From assembly GCA_028023455.1 (NCBI GenBank), contig JAQFVV010000001.1, forward strand, positions 17,112,001-17,176,000: a stretch of 64,000 nt of DNA, read 5' to 3'. This document shows, in pieces, positions 1 through 11,492 of the stretch. The translations under genes and the position numbers were made by a program. Source of the stretch: Epiperipatus broadwayi (Eukaryota > Animalia > Onychophora). Numbering within the stretch: position 1 is the stretch's first letter; each line of letters opens with the position of its first letter. Under the pieces are notes generated by a model that saw only the letters and a program-made list of their open reading frames with translations, had not been told where the DNA came from and made no database searches.

Positions 1-392
1 ACTTTCCCAGGATCTTGGATCTTGTAAGTAACCAAGCTGATTAGGATTTTTAGCAGACTATCCCAGTTTTATTATTTTATGAAATGCCTCAAGAGTCAAG
101 AGGTTGTTCAAGAGTTTGTGTTTGAAAGAGGTAAACTGTGTAGTGAAGGTAAAGTACTCCATTCATTTACCTAGACTGTTTGAACATTTTTATTTAATTA
201 TTCATTTTGTGGACTGATTAGTTATGCTTGCATAAGTGCAGACTTATGTATTATTGAAGATTTAATTAGGTAACTGTTTTAATTGCTAATAAATTGTTTT
301 AATACTATATGTGTCTGTTAACATCAATTGCATATTCATGTTTGCTGGTTGCCTGGTCATAGTTGGAGACACAGCAAATTAGTAGCACAACA
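1..392 (+). repeat. Partial 5' LTR
   Basis: Shares blocks such as AACCAAGCTGA, TTTTAGCAGACTATCCCAG and TTTTATGAAATGCC with 4693-4880; candidate end ...GCACAACA at 392. Confidence 0.7.
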
Positions 393-462
393 TTTTGAAC
401 TTAGAAAAAAGGAGAGTTTTAAAAGTGTTAGTAGTAAGGACAATAAACAGTAGTCAGTAAAA

Positions 463-1140
463 TGAGTTCATTGAGTCAAAATATCATAGTAGAATTTGAC
501 ATCAGTAATGCATTAGAGTAGCCATTACATGTAATGCAGCTAAAGAATTGTTTATGCTGAATGATATTGAAGATCATAGATTAAGAAAAATTCACACTTA
601 TATGTTTCACTGGCAAAAAAGCAATACAGGCTATAAGTAGATTATTTCAGATACCCATAACAGAGAATGTAAAATATGAGGAACTAAAAAAGAAATTATG
701 CAATCATTTTAGTTCTTATCCAATCCAGCACCTAACTTGCTTAACCTTATGAAATAGGAAACAGTTTAATGGGGAAAAAATTAAAGAGTACAACTCAACT
801 CTGAGGGAGTTAGCAAAAGATGGTTGTTATGCATTTTCTCAAACAACAACTACTTACAGAACCAGATATCACATATAAAATGGTCATTAAGAAAGGCATA
901 GCATATAAATTAATTCTGGAACAAACTCAGGTTTTTAGAACTAAAACTAAGAAAAACACTAAAATGGGGGTGCTCAAAACAGAAAAGGAGAGTATCATAC
1001 CATGGAAAACTGATCATAGTAAGAATACTAAAGAGATATGTTTTTGCTGTGAAAAGAGGGGTCACAAATACAGGTAGCTCAAAGAAACATGTTGTAATTG
1101 TGGTAAAAATGGTCATTTAGTGCGTATGTGTAACCAAAAA
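463..1140 (+). pseudogene. gag: gag remnant with two CCHC zinc knuckles
   Basis: CFCCEKRGHK (broken knuckle) and intact CCNCGKNGHLVRMC (CX2CX4HX4C) at 1090-1131. Confidence 0.85.
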
Positions 1141-1170
1141 GGTAATATTTAAAGCAGAAATAAATTACCA

Positions 1171-3850
1171 ATGCAAGCAAATAGGGTAGGTACTCACATG
1201 GTTAAAAACATGGATGTCCAAGAATTAAATCAGTTTATGATTGAGTTAGTATTTTGTGGAAAAGAGATATCAATGAAAATTGGTAGAGGGTCAGGTATTT
1301 CCCTGATGCCACTAACAGACTGGATGTTATTGTTATCAGCTGACATGAAAAATAAATTAGAGAAAAGTAATATTAGAGCATGCGATGCAAATGGAAACAT
1401 TCTAAAATTATTAGGCCATGTGACAGTAACCACCAATCACTATGGTAAAAAAGGAATCTACCCTATATATAGTAAAAGGAAAAATCAGCCTCATCCTCAG
1501 GAGGGAGTGGTTCCATGAGTTAGGAATCCAAATTAATATTACAAAAAAATCTCTCTTGAATAGGAAATAGCATACAAATATCTTGATTTCTTTAATGAAG
1601 AATTGGGATTAATTACAATGAGCCAAGGTTGATATAGAGTTACTGGAAAATGCACATCTGGTTATGTATAAACCTCATAAAATCCCATTCGCTCAAAAAG
1701 AGAAAATGGCAAAAAACTAAATTCTTTAGTCACTAAGGGCATATTAATACCAATTGAAACATTAGAATGAGCCATGCCTTTAGTAATAATAATTAAGCCA
1801 AATGGCAAAATTAGATTATGTGGCAACTACAAAGTAATGGTAAAAAAATATCTGGAGCATCCTCTATTCCAAATGTGAGGGAAGTATTAGCCATTCTCCA
1901 AATGCTTCACATTTTGCAAAGTTGGATTTGAACTCTGCATTCCACCAGATACAAGTGACAGATGAATCAGCTGAAAAATTTACCTTGATGACTCCAATGG
2001 GATTATTTAAATATAACTGTTTACCATTTGGCATATCAACAATCCCTATCATTTTTCAAGTAAAAATTAACACATTGCTCCAAGGTCTAGAAGGAGTTAT
2101 CCCCTATTTCAATAATATCCTCATCATGGCATACTCAGAAGAGACACTGCAGAAAATTCTGTTTATGGTTTGTGAAAAATTCAACAGATTGGAATGGAAA
2201 TTAAATGCCTCCAAAAAGTGTATGGTATGCAAAAGAATTAATTTTTTCTCAGTCATATAATTTCTGATAAGAGGAAACAAAAGCACCTTGAAAAGTAAGA
2301 GCAGTGCAAAATGCAAACAAAAACTACAAATGTTAAACAACTACAAGCATATTTAGAGGTGATAATTTTTTTTGAACTTTTTTTAAATAAATAAAGCACA
2401 TATAGCAAAACCATTATATGACTTATTGAGAAAAGATCAAAAGTGGCAATGGTTAGAAATTTATGATGAATCATTCAGCAAAACAAAAGCTCCATTATCA
2501 TTAGAAAAAAATTTTTTGTACACTTTTTAATAGAAATTTAGAAGTGTGTTTAACTACTGAAGCTTTGGAATGGGGTGTACATGCAGTTATCTCTCATCCA
2601 TGTTGTAAGGAGAAACTCCTCATTGCATACACATCATGCAAAACTCTCAAAAGCAGAGAGAAACTACAGTCCAGATTGATAAAGAGGCTTTGGCTATTAT
2701 TTTCACCCTGAAAAAATTTCATCAATACATTTTTGGAAAAAAACATTTCAAATAATAACTGACCATAAACCTCTTCTAGGAATTCTGGGCCATGAGAAAT
2801 TAGCCCCTGATCATTTAAGCCCATGTATGATGCATTGGAAAAATATTTTGTCATATTATGATTACAAATTAGAATATAAGGAGGGCAAAAAGATCTTATA
2901 AGATGATGCATTATCCTATATCCCAGATAAAAAACCAAGCAGTACAGAGACAGACATAAATTATATTGATGTGTTGAAATCAGAAATACTTAATAGTAGA
3001 AAAGTAGCTAGTTGGATAGAAGACAATTAATGTTATCAACTGCTTATGAATTGGATAAAAACAGCTGGCCTGTTTCAAAGCCTTACTATGTCACTCCAGA
3101 GTTCTGGATAAACTAAAACAAATGTAAAGGCTCTGTGTTAATGGGAGATCAGATAGTAATACCAACTAAAGGCAGACAGCAAATTCTAAAACTACTCCAT
3201 GAAGATCATTCTGGAATTTGTGTGGGCTGAAGCATTACCTCACAATTATGTCTGGTGACCAAAAATAACACCAGAGATCAAGCAATACATCAAAAAATGT
3301 ATGGCCTGTTAATCAGAGATGAATATGAAGGGAAAAGGAATATAATCCAGGGTCAATAGCAATGAAAGTCTGGCAGAAAGTGCACATAGACCTTACAGGT
3401 TTAATAAATGGCAAAATACTGCTGATACTTATAGATGCATACTCAAAATGGGCAGAGTGTCACATAGTAAACAATATGAGTGCAAAAGAAATGATAGAAA
3501 CCTTTGTGTCTAACAATGGTGCCAGATTCACCACATAAGAGATGGAAAACTACTTTGTCAACAATGGCATTGAACATATATACACACTCCCATACCATCC
3601 AGAGTCAAATGACCTTACTGAAAAAGCTGTAGTATGCAGCAATTTATAACACCATGCCTCATTAACACTTTACACCATCACCATTTACAGGAAAATTATT
3701 GGCAGAACTGTTAATGGAAAGGAAATTGCAGATTAAATTATTACTTCTACTTCCCAATATGGTCAATGAAGCAAAGAGTGACATACACATGTAACTGGCA
3801 AAAAAAGGGTGAAAATGCATATGTGATAGGTGACAAAGTTTGGGTTTGAG
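1171..3850 (+). pseudogene. pol: pol remnant (protease, RT, RNase H, integrase)
   Basis: Degenerate protease motif IGRGSGISL; RT RLCGNYKV, LDLNSAFHQI, LPFGIS and YFNNILI (decayed YxDD); RNase H EALAIIF and TDHKPLLGI; integrase VHIDLTG, IDAYSKW and PYHPESN. Confidence 0.92.
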
Positions 3851-4199
3851 ATGTGATCAGGAAATGGGTTCAAGGAGTAGTCACAAAATTTATTATGTAA
3901 AAAATAATCACCCAATCATAGGATATGATATACAGGAGATATGTAAATCATGTCCACCATCAAGTCAAAGAAGACTTACACCTATATCAAAAGATGAAAT
4001 GCAAGAAAAACAAGAGATAGTGATTAAAGAGGATTATCCAGAGTTTGAACCCAAAATTAAGAAAGATGAACTTCAACCAACCCTAAAACCAAACATAGTA
4101 ACAACTAGATTACCCAGAACCAGACAACAGATATGAAGGCTGGTTAAATTAAAAAAATACATGTGAACTTAAGCAAATTTTCTGGAGTAAGGAGAGGAG

Positions 4200-4977
4200 T
4201 ATAAAATATTCAATTTATATTTAATAAATTTGGTTATAGTGCTGCAAAATTAATTGATAAAAAAAATATTAATAAGCCAAGTTAAAAATAAAAGCTTTGA
4301 ATAGAGAGAAACAAAATAAATGTATATAGTAATTAATTTTGTAGATCTGAAAAGTTAGATTATAGTAAAAATAAATTCCTTAGATAAACAGGAAATTAGT
4401 AATTAAAGTCAAGAGAATTTTATTGTACAATAACTATTGATTTAAGAGCCGATAACAAAACTCTAAATCTAATAATAGTTAAATTGTTTTACACAGAACT
4501 AATTAAAGTAAAAGTCACAAAAACCTCTTCTCCAAATTACATGGGAAAAATAAATTAATTACTCCAGAACAGAAAGTAAAGAAAAAAGAAGAAAACAAAA
4601 AGGCTAGAAAAGAAAGGACTGGGGGCTCTTGGTGTCTTCCTGTTATTCTGACTCCATGCATAAGTTGCAATGAAGATCATCATCAGTGGACTACATTCCC
4701 AGGATCCAGATTCCTGAAGTTAACCAAGCTGATTTCTCGGCTCCTCTAATTAACCAAGCTGAGGACTTTTAGCAGACTATCCCAGTCATTTTTATGAAAT
4801 GCCCCAAGACACTCACCAAGGGTTTTGTGTTTAAAAGAGATAGATTGTGCAGTGAAGATAAAGCACCTCTTTGCTTAGACTTTTTGGTAAATTCAGTGGC
4901 TCCCTCTAGCCATGAATGTTGACCTTAATTGCAGACTTTCAGCTGATCATTACTATATATATTTACATATAATAACA
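4200..4977 (+). repeat. 3' LTR (boundaries approximate)
   Basis: Follows the PPT and is homologous to 1-180; candidate end AATAACA. Confidence 0.65.
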
Positions 4978-6045
4978 TTAGTCCTACTTTTACATTGTTC
5001 AAAAGTTTTGTCACAAAAAATCATTATATAATTCTAAAATGATTAAATGTAATTCCAGATATTTTTAAGTAATAAAAATATTAATTATATGAATATATTT
5101 TTTTTATTAAGACTGAAACCTAAAATAGAATTCTAAATTATTTTTACCAATGAATATGTATTGTCACAATCAGGATTTGATTTAAATATGTTATATTCTG
5201 ATTTTTTTGTAGTAAAAGTATTTCAAATATATTTTCTATTTTCTTAATATACATTTATAATTTTTTAATAACATTTCTGTTTTTGTTTTAATAGTTTTAA
5301 TATTTTATAAAAATCTACCAACATTGAAATGATTTCTGATTCTAGTATTTTTAATATTTTTGATCAGTGGTGCACAATCTGTAGATTGCTACCCCTCAAG
5401 GGGTCATAAAAAAGTTGCTGTGGGTTGCATGAAAATTTTGAATTCTTATGTTGGATAATAAATTTTTACTTGAAAAAATTAAAACCTAAATACTATTAAA
5501 AATATATAAAAACTATTCAACACATTATTGGGTTTCTGACCACTTTAGTGTTTAAAGACTTTCTTTTTTATATTCCAATCTGATTTGTATAAACAGCGTA
5601 TCATAATGGCACTTTGTTTATATTGCCCTTATTTCTCTTGCTCATTTTCAGAGTTTTGTTCTTTGTGCTAGTATCATACATGATACTACATTCTGAATGT
5701 ATACATTTTCTAAAACAGGTCAAAATATTATAATTGCTACAAATTAATAGATCTACTATTAATGCATTAATAATAAATTAACAGATCTACTAAGAATTAA
5801 GTATTATTATACATTTTTTTTGTTAATATGCAGTTTTTTCAAAGATCTTATATCAAATCATATGTATTGAAATATAATATAAAGATATATATTTGAATGT
5901 GGGAAAACAACTTTTATTATTACTATTCTTATATGCTTATAGTAGAATGATAATAAGATATACTGGGTCTCATAAAATTTCATTCTGAATATGGGGATGA
6001 CAAGTGTAAAAACATTGCACATCACTGTTTTAAATAATATATTCT

Positions 6046-6152
6046 CTCATATGTCATAACATCGGCCAGGACACGAACCCACACCCATCTACAACCAACT
6101 ACTTGCTTGCAAGGCAGATGCGATGACCTCTCGGCTAACAACGCTTGACAAA
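6046..6152 (-). mobile_element. Short tRNA-derived SINE, copy 1
   Basis: Minus strand reads GTCAAGCGTTGTTAGCCGAGAGGTC...GGGTTCGTGTCC...ATGACATATG (A- and B-box-like); 14-bp TSD AAATAATATATTCT at 6032-6045 and 6153-6166. Confidence 0.88.
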
Positions 6153-7489
6153 AAATAATATATTCTGAGTTATAATTTTATATGTTGGATAACCTTTTTG
6201 AAAAGATTGTATTTTATCAATTTTTCATTATTACTTTATCATTTTCTTCTTCTTTCTTTATAAAGATTTATTTAAACAAGGTTTTTTTTATAACATTACC
6301 AAGAAACCATGTTTCTTTTTTTAAAAAAGATCATTAATTGCTTCTTGTTTATTTTACTTTTTATAATATCTAATACAATTTTATTGACAATCTAAATTTA
6401 AGAATCTGTAATTTCTCAAGACAACAATTTTACAATCCTAGGTAAAAAAATGACAATTTTCACATTAATAAGTCTTAAATGATTTCATTTCTTTATGTTT
6501 TGTAAGTTATAAATGTTTAAAACATTGGAACATTTTGAATAGTTTTTTCAGCAAAAGAAATTTAAATATTCTTTTCAAAGTTACATTTAAAGAAGTTTAA
6601 AATATAATTTATTCATAAGGCAACTAAATTTGACATTATATTGTAAGCAAATACTTTTGAAACAAAATTTCAAATGTTCACAAGATTTTACTTTTTGTAA
6701 AACCCTGGAAAATGTATATATTGTCACTCTTTATTATTTGAATCTGTTTTTTTTAGGAATGTTATAAAAGTTTTAGAGCAGGTTAATGCCATTAATGTTA
6801 TATAATTTATAAGATAGTTTATAAAACTTCTATTTATTAAATGTTGATTTAAAATATTTAGAAAGTACGTTAATATTATAAACTGAAATAAAATATAATA
6901 TTTTTATTTTGTTGTTTGTACTGTGTATAATATTATTAGCAAGGAAATTCTTGCAAACAGTTGTTCCAGATAATAAAAAAAAAAACCTCAGACGTTTTCA
7001 TGGTTACAAAAGATTCAACTTTTATTAAAGATTTTACTTGACTATAACTATTTTTTATATCTATTTTATTACAAAAATATGGTTTTCATTAATTAAGTTA
7101 AAATTTTAATTACCATTCTATAATTAACCTTGCATCTGCTTTCCTAGACTACATGAGGCATTGATTGTAAAATTTAATACAATTTTGTTTAATATTTATA
7201 AAATTGGAAAATATATTTTATTTAACAGATTTTATTTAAAACTAATTTACTAATATAGTAGCTGTGAATACATGCACTCTCACATTCACACATATTCATG
7301 TGATATATTTATATTAATTTGATTAATATATTTTGATGTATTAAATAAATTAACTGATTAAATATTAATTCTTTGTACTATTTGTTAAAATGAACACAAT
7401 TTACTTTATTGTTATAAAATATTATATTACCTTTGATAAGTAAATTATTGTTCATATTAATTTATTTTCCTAACTGCTCACAGGTAATA

Positions 7490-7770
7490 TTTGGATCCAT
7501 CAACACTTTGACACTGAGAACATGATCTCATATTCCACAGATGAAACAATCTCTTAGCACTTCATTTAAGAAATCCTTAAAATCTGTGCTCAATATTAGT
7601 TCTCACTTTCTCCCTCTCTTCTTGATCCCTTTGAGTATAGAAATTGTAGTGATATCTTTGCATTATCATTAGGACTTTGGATAAAAAATGTTGACAGTAG
7701 TGATAGAACTTTGTCAAAATCAAGCTCATCCAGGAGGGGCATTAAGTGGGGTACTAGTAATGGTCTAATT
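7490..7770 (-). pseudogene. Possible gag-like relic with broken zinc knuckle
   Basis: Minus-strand translation CFICGI*DHVLS near 7510-7548, preceded by a ~40-codon open stretch. Confidence 0.35.
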
Positions 7771-8000
7771 TTTATGAAAAGATATGTTGATGATTACTTA
7801 AACCATTAAACATCACATGATCACCATGGAGAGTTTTTCTGTTTGGTGATTAATTATTAATTTTTAATAAGAGTCAAAAACAAATAGATATGTATCTTGA
7901 AGAGATTAATAAGTTAGATAAAAATATTAAATTTACAATAGAAAAAATTATTATAATTAGATATTTTGTTAAAGAAATCATATAAAATAGTAAATGTAGG

Positions 8001-8090
8001 ATAGAGACATCTATATATATATATAGAAAACTAATATAAATAGTAATAGAGACATCTATATATATATATAGAAAACTAATATAAATAGTA
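8001..8090. repeat. Perfect 45-bp tandem duplication inside the PLE relic
   Basis: ATAGAGACATC(TA)7GAAAACTAATATAAATAGTA occurs twice, at 8001 and 8046. Confidence 0.95.
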
Positions 8091-9244
8091 ATGTAAGTAA
8101 TTGTAATTTGAATATAGATGTTAAATATAAAATAAATAGTATAAATTCAAGAATATATAGAGCTTGGAATTATTGCTCAAATAAAGAATATTGTGGTAAA
8201 TGGGTAGAATTGATATTTAAAATGTTTAAAGATAATGGATATCCAGAAAAAGATATAGAAAAAAGATAGAAGAAAATCAGAAGAAAAATTTAATAAAGAT
8301 AAAGGGATAGTATGTAGAAAAAATAAAATATATATATATTAAAACTTATAAAAATAGTATTGTAAAAAATATAAATAAAATAATTATTAAAATGAATAAA
8401 GAGTTTAATAATGTAATAAAATTTCAATAGTAAATAAAAGAAAAAAGAATAATACTTAATATATTAGATAATAAATGTGTGAGAAAAGTAGAAAAATATA
8501 TAAATTGAGTATATAAAATTGAATAAAGTCATGTAAAAATAAAAATATAAAAACTAATTATGTAGGAAAAAACAAAGAATTCAATTTATACAATATTAAT
8601 TCAACATAAATATAAGACATCACCTATTTATTTGAATTCATTAGAAACAGGTTTTAGGTTTGAGAAAGATAGTATAAAAATGATTAATTATATAAATAAT
8701 AGAAGGGATAGAAAAATTAAAGAGGCAATATTGATTAAAAATATAAAACAAAATCTTAATAGGGATTTTGGGGTAGAGACAATAATTTTATAAACAATTA
8801 TTATTAATAATAGTTTGAATATGAAAAAGAGTAAAAGAATAAAGTTGAAGAAAATGATAGAGGGAGGTGTTAAACAAGTATAAACATTTTAGTGTAGTAA
8901 AAATTAATAGTTAATTATAAAATATATAATAGAAATAAAAACAGGTTAAAAGTTTATTAAAAATATAAGTAAAAAGATAACAATAAAAAATAATATGTAT
9001 TAAATAATAGATTGAAAAGTTAAAGTTTTTTAAAATTAAAAAATTACAATTATAATAAATAGTTTTTAGAATAATTTAAATATAAAATAAATGTGGATAA
9101 AATTAATTAAGAGTAAAGTAATAAAATGGAAAATGATTATTTATAATGATCACGTTAAAATGTATGTTTTATTTGTGTATTTAATTATATATATAAATAT
9201 GTGTATAAAATTTATTAATTGTATAATAATATATTTGAATATTG

Positions 9245-9287
9245 TAGTTCTGATGATGACTGTAGGACAGTTGAAATTGTTAGAATA
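9245..9287 (+). ncRNA. Degenerate type-I hammerhead ribozyme motif in the PLE 3' region
   Basis: CTGATGA(9250-9256)-T-GACTGT/AGG/ACAGTT-GAAA(9273-9276); weak stem I TAGTT/GAATA; helix III decayed. Confidence 0.6.
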
Positions 9288-11224
9288 AAGTTTTGATATA
9301 AAAAATAGTATTGTTGAAATGTTTAAGAAATTATAAATGGTATGATATGTAAATGTAATTGTTCACAAACAAATAAGTTATTCAAAGTCAGTGTTTAATA
9401 ATAATTTCATTAAGTTATGTTGAAACTTTGACATGGATTACTTATAGAGCCTGAAGAATCACACAAGAAAAACTGATAGTTATGATTCAATATCACTCTA
9501 TTCAGGTTAAATAAATAAAAAAATGTTAACATTATTTTATGTTCACTTTAAAGGGTTTTATATAAAAATATATAGTAATAACATGTTTTATTTAAGAAAT
9601 ATTATTTTTTTTTAAAATGTGTATTTATTAATGATTGATATATGCATATGTGAACCTATTATAAAATTGAGGTACACATTATTTTAGTTAAATCTTCATT
9701 CATATTCATATGATAAACATTTAAAATATTTAATAAATGACTTTGGCTATAAATATTAACTTTTGCTATTCATTAAATGTAACTCAAAGCAGAACACACA
9801 CACATAAATATTATCTTTATTACATGTGGGGAGATTTAAGTATTGTTAATACTTAATGAGATATACTTCTGCTCTGTTTCATAATATATAAATTAAAAAT
9901 AATTTAAATCATAAATAAATATGTGTGATCAGCAATTATTGTATAATAATAAAGTATAATAAAAAGACTTTGAAATAATATTATTTTATAATATTACATA
10001 ATTTATAGTTTAGCATAAGAGAAATATTTTATTCAAGTTATGAACATTTCTTTATCAAAAATAAAAAATGGCTATAACTATTAATTTAACATTTTTATTA
10101 TTATTTTGATATTTTGTCATATTAATATTGTATATTGTGTATAATAAAGTTAGTATTATTATTAATAGTCATGGGGTCCTTGATTTCAAATTTTTATTTA
10201 TGCTTCTACTTTACTTAGAAGATAATGCAAAATCTATTAGTTATGGATGTTGCATTGGGTTTGTTGCATCTATTCATAGTGTTACTTTTATTTTAAGATT
10301 TTAGTATAAAACTAAATATTTATGTCATGTTACATGCACATTTACTACAGGTCATAAGGTCATTGTACTGGTTAAAGAAGTGGCATTCATATTGTTATAA
10401 ATAAACCATATAGCTTGCACACTGCTCATTGTTATTAACTTGCAAATTTTTGCAAGTTAGAATATGCTTTCAATGATTGAGTTGATGAATTTTTATTATT
10501 TTTATTTATACTGTTCCAATATGTAATTTAATTTTTAACAGACATTATAAAGAGAAATATTTAATAAATGAAGTTTTCTATTTTTTAATTTTAGTTAAAA
10601 ATCTAATTATATTTTTGTTAATACAGCATCTAACCAAAAATAGTTGCTTGGAACTGTACTCTTTTTCTCAATCTCAAACAGCCAGTATTGATTGGATACT
10701 ATAATAGTAAGAAATGCTATAGATTTTAATTAAAAATTAAAAAATGAAAAACATTATTTATTAAATATATATTATACCTGCCCAGATTAGAGCTGTATAT
10801 TACAGTATATATAAAAAGAAGTTTATTGATCTTATTTAATTTCATTTAACTTGATCTATGGATAATGGAGGTGTTGATGTATAAATGTTAACAAGATAAC
10901 CAGGACAACCTAATATTTTAAAAATAATACCATTATTTATTATTAACATTAGCATCAATTTATAAATTGGTTGTATTCAATTTTAGGGAAGCATATAAAT
11001 AAGTAAAATAAGTAAATATTCTTGGCTTGAATTAAAAGTCTAAATACAAAGGATTGATTCATAGATGATTTTATTTTGAAAAAAAAAAAACTCCAAAAAT
11101 CTTTCTAGATTAGGGACCAGAAGAATTTAGTGGAGTATTTTTAAAGATGTTCATAATTAATAATGAGTAATCTGGAAAAAAAAAACTTTTATGATGGACT
11201 GTCAAAGAAGTAATATTTGCTATT

Positions 11225-11367
11225 AACTGAAAGGAGACCCTTTGATTCCTATTGGAGGCCTTAAAGGAACCGAGCAGGGCAAATTCCTAATGTCCACTCC
11301 ATACGTTCTTGTCGTTGCAGCTGTTATTACTATATGTTTATTCATATAGTATACGAACATGGATGGG
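11225..11367 (+). ncRNA. HDV-like (CPEB3-type) ribozyme fold at the RTE 5' end
   Basis: P2 TCCAT(11298-302)/ATGGA(11359-63); P3 ACG/CGT; L3 TTCTTGT; P1 3' strand TGCAGCT followed by GT; P4 TACTATATG/CATATAGTA; J4/2 CGAA at 11354-57. The P1 5' strand is only 5/7 complementary (AACTGAA, 11225-31). Confidence 0.78.
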
Positions 11368-11492
11368 CTGCTCACCAACACGCATTAGCCAGCGTGGTGA
11401 GTTTATTGGCTTTTTACCTCTGAGTTTAAGATCAAGAAACACCATGGTCTTTCTTCTCAGTGCCTGATAAGGCAGAATGAATGTTTGTGTAA

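Larger units (their letters stand above)
1..4977 (+). mobile_element. Decayed Ty3/gypsy LTR retrotransposon (Mag-like), 5' LTR cut by window start
   Basis: Domain order gag-PR-RT-RH-INT in stop- and frameshift-riddled frames; diverged direct repeats 1-180 vs ~4693-4880; purine tract AAGGAGAGGAG at 4189-4199. Confidence 0.92.
7770..9300 (+). mobile_element. Penelope-like element relic (RT C-terminal half, GIY-YIG endonuclease, 3' UTR)
   Basis: RYVDD at ~7779-7793; NKLDKNIKFTIE; RIYRAWNYCS...KDNGYPEKDI; NYVGK; RKIKEAILIK...NLNRDFG ending near 8775. These are typical PLE motifs. Confidence 0.85.

Noticed and set aside
6046-6152. SINE copies as functional tRNA genes or as TIR MITEs (TGTCA...TGACA)
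   Set aside because: Arms are poorly paired and differ between copies; 14-15-bp variable TSDs and A tails indicate retroposition.
9450-9510. CCTGAAGA...TGATTC as a second hammerhead
   Set aside because: No GAAA after the putative helix II.
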